Source: an uncultured Clostridia bacterium (GTDB lineage Bacteria > Bacillota > Clostridia > TANB77 > CAG-508). Taken from it: DNA of 34,119 nt. Both the position numbers and the translations under genes were made by a program. The stretch covers positions 1-34,119 of the forward strand of contig CALXVO010000002.1 of assembly GCA_944392065.1 (NCBI GenBank). Direction: 5' to 3'. The notes beneath the pieces are model-generated. The model ran no database searches. It was not told the origin of the DNA and saw nothing but the letters and a program-made list of their open reading frames with translations. This document shows, in pieces, positions 26,983-34,119 of the stretch. Each line of letters begins with the position of its first letter. Position 1 is the first letter of the stretch.

Positions 26983-27999
26983 TTAGTAGACGTAATTTTG
27001 TGGATTATATGTAATTCCATTTTTTCTTACTTCAAAATGTAAATGATTACCTGTTGAATTTCCCGTTGACCCCACTTTGGCAATTACTTCTCCTTGACTT
27101 ACTGTCTGCCCTGCAGAGACCAATAATTGGCTACAATGTGCATATACAGTAGATACTCCATTTCCATGCGATATTATTACATAATATCCATATCCATCAT
27201 TTGCATTTCCTGAATAAGTTACAGTTCCTGATGCAGCTGCCTTTATCGCAGTTCCATATGGTGCTGATATGTCAAGTCCCGAATGAGTATGGTCTCTTAC
27301 ACTCTCATTACTTCCAAATCTTGATGTTATAACTCCTGATACAGGATTAATAAGGCTTATACCTAAACTTACTTTTGCTGATGAACTTCCAGATGTATAA
27401 TTAGATGCAGATGGAGCTGCATATGTCGATTTTTGTACTATAACCTTTTTCTCATATAATTCAGATACGCATTTTTCTACATCTGTAAATTCCTTTAATT
27501 CTTTTCCATATTTTTCTATTATACCTATTTTTTCTTCATTAGCACTTTCTTTTTCTTCAAGCTCATCAATTACTTTTTCTGCCTCTTCAAAAGTAGACAC
27601 ATAAAATTTTTCCTCTTTATCCTCTGTTATTGCATAATACTTATAATATGGTGTACTATCTTCCGTTACTTTTGTGTATATTTCTTCATCATTTGTTTCA
27701 ACATCTTTCTTTAATAAACATAATTCATATGTTGGCATTGCATTAATTTGTATAAAAGCAATATTTTTTTCTTCATCTTTTGCTATATAATCATTTATCT
27801 TTTCTTGTAAAGTACTTTTATCTGATGTATATCCTATAACTTCTCCATTTAAACTAACTTCATATGTTGGATTATAAAACAATACTACTAATCCTATCAA
27901 GATTATTGCTGATAAAAACATTAAAACTATTAATTTTATTGACTTTCTTGTGGTTATAGCCACTCTCTTTAAAATATTAATGTTAAACACTCCTATCAA
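26983..27999 (-). CDS. membrane-anchored M23 (LytM-type) peptidoglycan endopeptidase
   Basis: N-terminal TM segment (IKLIVLMFLSAIILIGLVVLF). C-terminal M23 motifs are HTHSGLDISAPYGTAIKAAASGTV and GSTGNSTGNHLHFEVRKNG. The start codon is uncertain (TTG at 27999, no clear RBS). Confidence 0.85.
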   Translation of the reverse strand: MIGVFNINILKRVAITTRKSIKLIVLMFLSAIILIGLVVLFYNPTYEVSLNGEVIGYTSDKSTLQEKINDYIAKDEEKNIAFIQINAMPTYELCLLKKDVETNDEEIYTKVTEDSTPYYKYYAITEDKEEKFYVSTFEEAEKVIDELEEKESANEEKIGIIEKYGKELKEFTDVEKCVSELYEKKVIVQKSTYAAPSASNYTSGSSSAKVSLGISLINPVSGVITSRFGSNESVRDHTHSGLDISAPYGTAIKAAASGTVTYSGNANDGYGYYVIISHGNGVSTVYAHCSQLLVSAGQTVSQGEVIAKVGSTGNSTGNHLHFEVRKNGITYNPQNYVY

Positions 28000-28193
28000 A
28001 ATATTTTTAATATAAGTATTTTATATTAAAAAAGATTTTTAAACAATAATAAAATAAAGTTAAAATTATTAAAATTTTAAATTTATTTTATTTTTTCTTT
28101 TATTTTCTCCCGGAAACTTCATTTTTCTAAACATATCTTAACATGTTAAAAAATTTATTTTGAATAATGATATATTTCCATTAATAATTTTAT

Positions 28194-28436
28194 CTATTGA
28201 AGACTAGTCTTTACATCTTGTATTTCCGTAACAGTTGCAGGTGCAGCTGGTTTATAATATCCTTTTGCTTGAGCAGTTTTAAAAAGTTCATATTGAAAAC
28301 TTTCATCATTATTTCTAATTTGTTGTAAAGTTTGTCTAAGCCCCATATTTTCTGTTTCAGATATAGCTGTTTGATAAGAACTTAAACTCGCCTTTACACC
28401 TGATAAAATATCATTTACCATAGTTTTTTCATCCAT
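28194..28436 (-). CDS. CotF-like spore coat protein
   Basis: MDEKTMVNDILSGVKASLSSYQTAISETENMGLRQTLQQIRNNDESFQYELFKTAQAKGYY fits the Coat_F four-helix pattern. GGAGG lies 8 nt upstream of the ATG at 28436. Confidence 0.75.
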   Translation of the reverse strand: MDEKTMVNDILSGVKASLSSYQTAISETENMGLRQTLQQIRNNDESFQYELFKTAQAKGYYKPAAPATVTEIQDVKTSLQ

Positions 28437-28457
28437 ATAATTTACCTCCATATAAAA

Positions 28458-28646
28458 TTAGTTGATTAAGAAAGACATTAATTTTTGCTTAGTATTTAAA
28501 CTATCTTGAGCAGCTTTTGTAAACATTTGCTTTATTTGTGGGTCTACAACTTGTGATGCATAGGTATTTAACTTCTGATAAGATGTTTCATGTGCTCCAA
28601 TAAAATGTCTTAAATTTTGTAATTCTACTTGACTTAAATTTGGCAT
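28458..28646 (-). CDS. small CotF-related spore coat protein (62 aa)
   Basis: MPNLSQVELQNLRHFIGAHETSYQKLNTYASQVVDPQIKQMFTKAAQDSLNTKQKLMSFL. AGGAAAGGA RBS. The 108-aa version in the ORF track (to 28784) reads through the upstream palindromic element. Confidence 0.7.
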   Translation of the reverse strand: MPNLSQVELQNLRHFIGAHETSYQKLNTYASQVVDPQIKQMFTKAAQDSLNTKQKLMSFLIN

Positions 28647-28730
28647 TTCAATCATTCCTTTCCTTATTTTTCTATTGTTATTATGTATTGATTTTGGAAT
28701 TTTATACAAAAAATTTTTAAAATTAAAACT

Positions 28731-28887
28731 ATTGGGGACGGGCTTCTTTTGTCCTAAAATATTATAAGCTCTGCATAAAATCATTTAAAAAATCTTTTTG
28801 AAAATATAAATATATCTTTTATAAAATACATTTAGTTTTCAAAAAGATTTTTGTGAATTTTTAGAGCCTATTAAGCCTATCCCCAAT
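28731..28887. repeat. ~157-bp imperfect palindrome F, related to element D
   Basis: Outer arms are ATTGGGGACGGGCTT (28731-28745) and AAGCCTATCCCCAAT (28873-28887). Perfect 17-bp inner arms pair AAAAATCTTTTTGAAAA (28788-28804) with 28836-28852. The left arm AAAACTATTGGGGACGGGCTTCTTTTGTCCTAAAATA aligns with D arm AAAACAGGGACAGGCGTATTTGTCC...CTAAAATA. Confidence 0.6.
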
Positions 28888-28908
28888 GGTTCTAGGACTT
28901 ACATAATT

Positions 28909-31324
28909 TTAAATAATCTCTAAATTTGCAAATTTTGCCATTAATCTTTTATGTCCAGCTTTATCAAAAGAAATATCTAGTTTATAATCTTCTCCTTCTT
29001 CTTCTATTTTATTTATTGTTCCTTCTCCAAACTTTTTATGATATATGCGTTGTCCTTCTTTATATTTTGATATATCAGCTCCTTCATTCATTTTTTTATT
29101 ATTTAATGAATTCAAGAAATTTTCTGCAGTTTTAAATTGAAAACCTGAATTTATTCCCAAATTTGTTCCTGTACTGTGGAAACTTTCACCTGTTTTTTTA
29201 GAAAAACTGCTATTAAAACCACCATTTATGTTACTGTTATCAATACCATTAGTAGCATTAAATCCCTTTGCTACAACTTGCATATTACCTCTTTTTCCAT
29301 ACTCAAAACCATTTTCTATTTTATATGTTTTTACTTTTGAGGTCGTACCATATTCCCATTCATACCCACTATCTTCAAATTCACTCGAATGGTCTAGTTC
29401 ATCAAATCCATCTAATAAGTCTTCTGGTATCTCATTTATAAATCTGGAAATTGCATTATAACTTGTTGAACCAAATATTGTTCTCTTTTTAGAACAAGTT
29501 AAGTATAAATATTGTTTTGCTCTAGTAATTCCTACATAAAACAAACGTCTTTCTTCTTCCAATTCCTTTGGCTCTCCAATGGATTTATTGCCTGGAAAAA
29601 TGCCCTCTTCCATTCCAACTAAAAATACTACTGGGAACTCTAACCCTTTTGCGCTATGTAAGGTCATGAGTGTTACAGAATCTTCTGTGTCTTCCATTCC
29701 ATCTATATCACTACTTAATGTAATTCCTTCTAAGAAATCTCCTAATGTGTTTTCTGCCTCTTCTTCTTCAAACTCAATAGCAACTGTCAAAAATTCTTCT
29801 AAGTTTTCTATTCTGCTTTCCGCTTCTGCTGTATTTTCTTGTTCTAATGCTTTTACATAGCCTGTTTTATTTAATGTTTCTTTAATAAGCTCAGAAATAC
29901 TAAGTTCTTCCATTTTTCCTCTTAAGTATTCAATTGTTTCAATAAACTCTAACCCATTTGCTTTTACTCTATTTAGTCCATATTCATCCGCATGTTTTAT
30001 AATAGCGAACATAGAAAGTCCTGTTTTTTCTGAAATTTCTCCAATATTATCTATGCTTGTTTTGCCTATTCCTCTCTTTGGTTCATTTATAACTCTTTTT
30101 AAAGATATATTATCCGAAAAATTGTAAATTAATCTTAGATAGGAAATAATGTCCTTTATTTCTTTTCTCTCATAGAACTTTAATCCTCCTACTATTTTAT
30201 ATGGAATGCTTTCTCTTCTTAAAATTTCCTCTATAGCTCTAGATTGGGAGTTCATTCTATACAAAACCACAAAATCGGAATATTTAAAATACTCTTCCCT
30301 TCTTAAGTGATTTATTTCTTCTACAATATATCTTCCTTCGTCATATTCATCATCTGCTTTGTGAATTATTGGTAAGCTTCCTTCTTCATTTTCTGTCCAT
30401 AACTTTTTTTCGTATTTATTTTCATTATGCTTTATTACTGCATTTGCTGCTTTTAAAATGTTTCCCGTACATCTATAGTTTTGCTCTAGCTTTATTATCT
30501 TTGTTCCTGGAAAATCTTTCTCAAAATTTAAAATATTTGAAATATCTGCACCTCTAAAGCTATATATTCCGTTGATCATTGTCACCAACAACCGTTATAT
30601 TTCCATGCTTAGATGCCAAAATAGTAACTAGTGTAAATTGTGCTTTATTAGTATCTTGATATTCGTCTACTAAAACATATTGAAATTTATTTGTATAATA
30701 TTCTAATACATCGGCATTTTCAGTTAGTATTTTTATAGCATAATTAATAATATCATCAAAATCAACTGCATTATTTTCTTTTAGTCTTTGTTGATATAAC
30801 TCATAAATTCTTCCAATAACTTCTTTTCTATAATCTCCTGCATATTTGGTTTGATATGCTTTTGGTTCTAGCATTTCGTTTTTGCCATTACTTATTTCTG
30901 CTAAAACGCTTCTATCCGTAAACATTTTATCATCTATTTTTAATGTTTTCATGCATTCTTTTATAAGAGTTCTCTGGTCAGATGTATCAAATATTAGAAA
31001 AGAATGATTAAATCCTAATCGATCGATATACTTTCTTAAAATTTTAACACAGATAGAGTGGAAAGTTCCTATCCACATATCTTTTGCAACTTCTCCAACT
31101 AATTTTTCCACTCTTTCTTTCATTTCATTTGCTGCCTTATTTGTAAAAGTAATCGCTAAAATATTCCATGGCTTAATATATTTTTCGCTCATTAAGTAAG
31201 CTATTTTATGAGTTAATACCTTTGTTTTGCCACTTCCAGCACCAGCTATTACCAAACAAGGTCCATCGGTCGCAAGTACCGCTTCTTTTTGTTTATCATT
31301 TAAACCCTCTATTAAATCTTGCAT
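28909..31324 (-). pseudogene. pcrA: ATP-dependent DNA helicase PcrA (UvrD family), reading frame broken by a 1-nt shift near 30571
   Basis: The N-terminal ORF (30560-31324) has Walker A AGAGSGKTKVLTHKIAYL and VDEYQDTNKAQF, then VVGDNDQ followed by RNI-stop. The C-terminal ORF (28909-30591) resumes at GIYSFRGADI...TLMTLHSAKGLEFPVVFL...YVGITRAK. The conserved motif DDQSIY-FRGA spans the junction. Removing one base (plus-strand G at 30571) restores VVGDNDQGIYSFRGAD. Confidence 0.85.
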
Positions 31325-31428
31325 TTGTTTTCTCCTTCTATTTTTATATTTAGTAATCTAAATTTCTACCTCATATTTATTTCATTCAATAAACTAATAA
31401 CAATTTTTCTCTTTAAACTACTTTTGGT

Positions 31429-31457
31429 ATTATACACTAAAACAAACCAATGTTCAA
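31429..31457 (-). promoter_or_regulatory. sigma-A promoter candidate for pcrA (TTGAAC-17 nt-TATAAT)
   Basis: The minus strand reads TTGAACattggtttgttttagtgTATAAT. The -35 lies in the loop of the upstream terminator hairpin. It is about 100 nt upstream of the ATG at 31324. Confidence 0.45.
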
Positions 31458-31474
31458 TACCATTGGTTTGTTTT
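31439..31474 (-). terminator. rho-independent terminator after the ZIP gene remnant
   Basis: AAAACAAACCAATG, an 8-nt loop, then CATTGGTTTGTTTT. This 14-bp stem has T-runs on both strands and starts at the stop codon of the ZIP ORF. Confidence 0.65.
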
Positions 31475-31776
31475 TATATATTCATTGCAAATACGCCTAT
31501 AATAAAGCCAATTAAATTCCCTATAGCAGTCATTCTACCATTATATAGTTTATTTGACTCTGGCGTTAATTCTCCTGACACTATATATATCATTGCTCCT
31601 GCTGCAAAAGCTAAACAAATAGATATTATTTCTTGTGATATTCCTCCAACTATACTTCCGAAAAAAGCACCTACTCCAGTGGTTGCTCCGGACAAAACCA
31701 CATAGTAAATAACTTTTGATACTTTCATTCCACCATTTTTCATTGGCACCGCCATTGATATCCCTTCTGGTAGATT
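31474..31776 (-). pseudogene. ZIP-family (ZupT-like) divalent metal transporter, C-terminal 100 codons only
   Basis: The frame reads stop-NLPEGISMAVPMKNGG...SGATTGVGAFFGSIVGG...LAFAAGAMIYIVSGELTPES...GFIIGVFAMNI. This aligns with the ZupT segment HN(I/F)PEG-LAV...AGIMV..S.DEL.P. A TAG (31777-31779) sits where the His codon of HNxPEG should be, and there is no upstream coding continuation. Confidence 0.8.
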
Positions 31777-31795
31777 CTAAAGTAGACAGTTAGCT

Positions 31796-32818
31796 TTAAT
31801 TTTTTCCTTCAATATTGTTTTTACATTCTTCTATTATTCTATCAAAATCAGAAATATAATTTTTATCTTGCTCTTCTCTAAACTTCTCATACTCATTTTC
31901 TGCAAATTCCTTTGCCATCTCTGCTGAAATACTTCCTTTACCTTTTAATATATCATACCTATTAGTTTTTAGCATAGTGTTTAATTCTTCAACCCAATCT
32001 TGCATTTTCATTGGTATTTGTCTTTTTGCCCTATTTTCTGCAATGTCTAAATACATATTTACTATGTCTTGTAAAAACTCTAATTCTTTTGATGTTAAAT
32101 AGTTTTTTGCAATAGAGACATCACTTTTTAAAATTTTTCCATCAGGAGATTGTTTCCAAGAAGTCAAGCCCATATGTTCTTTTTTACTGCTTGCTCTATG
32201 GTATATAATCTCAGCCGCAGTCTCGTTTGTAATAGCGTAATGAAATTTATTTTGAATAGTTGCATAAAAATCCTTTGCGATTTCAGAATTTTTATTATAA
32301 TCAATACTGCATTCAGCAAAAATATCTGTTACTTTTTGATAAAATCTTCTTTCACTTGTTCTAATCTCCTTTATGATTTCTAATAATTCATCAAAATAAT
32401 CTTTTCCATATTTTGCGGGATTTTTTAATTTTTCTTTATTTATGCTGTATCCTTTTATAATATATGATTTTAATATTTCTGTAGCCCATTGCCTAAACTT
32501 TGTTGCTTTTTTTGAGTTTGCTCTATATCCCACAGCAATAATCATATCTAAATTATAATAATCTATATTTCTAGTAACTCTCCTTCCTCCTTCATTTTGA
32601 ACTGTTGCAAATTTTGCAACAGTTGAATTTCTTTCAAGTTCTCCTTCCAGATATATATTGTTTATATGCCTAGAAATATCTGATTTATCTTTATCAAATA
32701 ATTCTGCAATTTTATTGAGTGGTAACCAAATTGTTTCATTGTATAAAAAAGCTTCTACCTCTATTTTACTATTTTCATCTTCGTAAATAATTAAATCTCC
32801 TTTAGTTAATTCTTGCAT
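31796..32818 (-). CDS. rhuM: RhuM-family protein (phage/island-associated, function unknown)
   Basis: LIIYEDENSKIEVEAFLYNETIWLPLNKIAELFDKDKSDISRHINNIYLEGEL...RNIDYYNLDMIIAVGYRANSKKATKFRQWATEILKSYIIKGY is the characteristic RhuM N-terminal and central pattern. AAGGAGGG RBS. Confidence 0.8.
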   Translation of the reverse strand: MQELTKGDLIIYEDENSKIEVEAFLYNETIWLPLNKIAELFDKDKSDISRHINNIYLEGELERNSTVAKFATVQNEGGRRVTRNIDYYNLDMIIAVGYRANSKKATKFRQWATEILKSYIIKGYSINKEKLKNPAKYGKDYFDELLEIIKEIRTSERRFYQKVTDIFAECSIDYNKNSEIAKDFYATIQNKFHYAITNETAAEIIYHRASSKKEHMGLTSWKQSPDGKILKSDVSIAKNYLTSKELEFLQDIVNMYLDIAENRAKRQIPMKMQDWVEELNTMLKTNRYDILKGKGSISAEMAKEFAENEYEKFREEQDKNYISDFDRIIEECKNNIEGKN

Positions 32819-32852
32819 TAGTGCCCTCCTTTTGTTGTGAACTTTTGTTTGT

Positions 32853-32881
32853 ATTTTATAGGTTTTTTATCTATTTGTCAA
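32853..32881 (-). promoter_or_regulatory. promoter candidate for rhuM (TTGACA-17 nt-TAAAAT, with a second TTGACA 6 nt upstream)
   Basis: The minus strand reads TTGACAgaactcTTGACAaatagataaaaaacctaTAAAAT, about 30 nt upstream of the RBS. Confidence 0.45.
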
Positions 32882-32937
32882 GAGTTCTGTCAAAATTCTT
32901 TCAGAATCGTATAAAAATATTATCTATTCAATTTAGA

Positions 32938-34119
32938 TTATTTATAAATGATATTCAGTTTTTTAAAATTAAAAATTAGATCTATCTGTTTATCCTGATG
33001 TATTTCTATTCTGTTAATAAGTACTCTCATAATTTCTGGAGTAGGTTTTTCAAATTTTAGAAATTCTTTTACAATTTTTTCTATTTCTTCATCATTGTTG
33101 TCTATGCATTCCTCTGCCTCTTTTTTTAAATCTATGTACTCTGTTTCTTTATCCCTTTCAGCATTTTTCAATTTCTTGAAAAGTCTTTCATACATTTCTT
33201 CACTAAGTTTGTTATTTAGTTTATCAATATACATTTTATCAATATTATTATTTATGAGTTCTATTTCTTTTTCTATTTTGTCCAACATTTTTTTATAATC
33301 ATATTTTGTTTTACCTTGTTTAATGTTTAACATAATTCTTTTATTGTCAATATCAGTAAACAATTTTCTTATATAATCAATTATCTGTTTTTCTAATCGT
33401 TCATAACTAAAGCCGTGAGATGTGCATAGGTTAAGCTTTGAGTTTCTACGGTAATTATTACATATCATGTCTAATCTTCCATCTTTTCTACTTCTAACTC
33501 CGATTTTGTGCTTACATTCATAGCATATTAGCAATCCATCTAATAAAAAATGATTCTTTTTTTCGTTTCTATCATACTTCTGTACTATACCCATTTTTTG
33601 CACTCTGTCAAAAACATTTTTATCAATAATTGGTTCGTGGGTATTTTCTACTATTTGCCATTGTTCTTTTGGATTTGCTCGAAGTTTTCTATTTTTATAG
33701 CTTATCCTACTCCTTTTATTTTGAATTGTAACACCAATATATGCTTTGTTTTGCAATATGAGTTTGACAGTTTTATTTTCCCAAAAAGTTGCTCTATTAT
33801 ACCTAATTTCGTTAGCTGTTGGAATATTATTGTTATTTAGATAATCTCTTATTACACCTACGTTATTCCCAGCCAACGCCATATTAAAAATAGTTCTGAC
33901 AATTTTTGCTTCTTCATCACAAATAATTAAATGATTCTTATCTTTTGGATCTTTCATATATCCCAAAGGTGTTTTACCTCCTACCCATTTTCCTTGTTTT
34001 TGCATAGTGTGTAATGCTGTTTTTATTTTTTTAGATAAATCTTTTGAATACATATCATTTAATATTGATTTAAAAGGTGCAATATCATTATTTCCATTGT
34101 TTGTAGCAAAAGTATCTAT
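32938..34119 (-). CDS. large serine recombinase, C-terminal ~393 aa (recombinase domain, zinc ribbon, coiled coil); the catalytic N-terminal domain lies beyond the window
   Basis: The frame is open to the right edge: ...IDTFATNNGNNDIAPFKSILNDMYSKDLSKKIKTALHTMQKQGKWVGGKTPLGYMKD... It has the zinc-ribbon Cys pattern LLICYECKHKIG...MICNNYRRNSKLNLCTSH and a long K/E-rich coiled-coil tail. This layout is typical of TnpX/TndX/SpoIVCA-type integrases. Confidence 0.85.
   Translation of the reverse strand: MDTFATNNGNNDIAPFKSILNDMYSKDLSKKIKTALHTMQKQGKWVGGKTPLGYMKDPKDKNHLIICDEEAKIVRTIFNMALAGNNVGVIRDYLNNNNIPTANEIRYNRATFWENKTVKLILQNKAYIGVTIQNKRSRISYKNRKLRANPKEQWQIVENTHEPIIDKNVFDRVQKMGIVQKYDRNEKKNHFLLDGLLICYECKHKIGVRSRKDGRLDMICNNYRRNSKLNLCTSHGFSYERLEKQIIDYIRKLFTDIDNKRIMLNIKQGKTKYDYKKMLDKIEKEIELINNNIDKMYIDKLNNKLSEEMYERLFKKLKNAERDKETEYIDLKKEAEECIDNNDEEIEKIVKEFLKFEKPTPEIMRVLINRIEIHQDKQIDLIFNFKKLNIIYK

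Larger units (their letters stand above)
31777..34119. mobile_element. terminal ~2.3 kb of an integrated element (prophage, ICE or transposon) inserted in the ZIP gene; it continues beyond the right edge
   Basis: There is an abrupt loss of the ZIP reading frame at ~31776/31777. The rhuM stop codon follows 19 nt later, then a large serine recombinase gene. A recombinase next to an element end is the usual arrangement. Confidence 0.7.

Noticed and set aside
26763-27014. 83-aa plus-strand ORF in the track
   Set aside because: It lies entirely inside the MITE-like palindromic element and runs into the 3' end of the peptidase gene. It has no RBS, and its sequence is dictated by the inverted repeats. 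It is not a credible gene.
28647-28784. N-terminal 46-aa extension of the small coat-protein ORF (108-aa version), and similar upstream extensions of the mreB, radC, acpS, cotF and adhesin-2 ORFs
   Set aside because: In each case a strong Shine-Dalgarno sequence precedes an internal ATG that matches where homologues start. The extensions read through intergenic or repeat DNA.

Overview
AT-rich chromosomal segment of a Clostridia-type spore-forming Firmicute, read almost entirely on the minus strand. Left to right:
- tatD (partial) and acpS
- an uncharacterised 417-aa membrane-anchored protein and a WG-repeat protein
- spoIIE, split into two in-frame ORFs
- a two-gene operon for giant surface proteins: a 1736-aa thioester-domain adhesin and a ~1656-aa DUF11/SdrD-B repeat protein
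- three small plus-strand genes
- the conserved block minC, PBP2, mreD, mreC, mreB, radC
- DUF4321, mecA, an M23 peptidase and two CotF-like coat genes
- pcrA, which carries a frameshift
- a ZIP-family metal transporter gene cut inside its HNxPEG motif by the end of an integrated element. That element carries rhuM and a large serine recombinase and runs off the right edge.

I saw no rRNA, tRNA or CRISPR array. What gene annotation does not explain:
- The intergenic DNA holds at least six long palindromic elements in three sequence families. One looks like a recent MITE-type insertion with perfect 18-bp terminal inverted repeats and an 8-9 bp target duplication. One looks like a filled version of an empty hairpin seen elsewhere in the window. 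Two are built from a repeated ~23-nt GGGAC-containing motif.
- Three otherwise conserved genes (spoIIE, pcrA, ZIP) are interrupted in three different ways.

I could not identify a complete novel multi-gene system such as a defence system. All homology calls come from reading motifs by eye, because no database search was possible.
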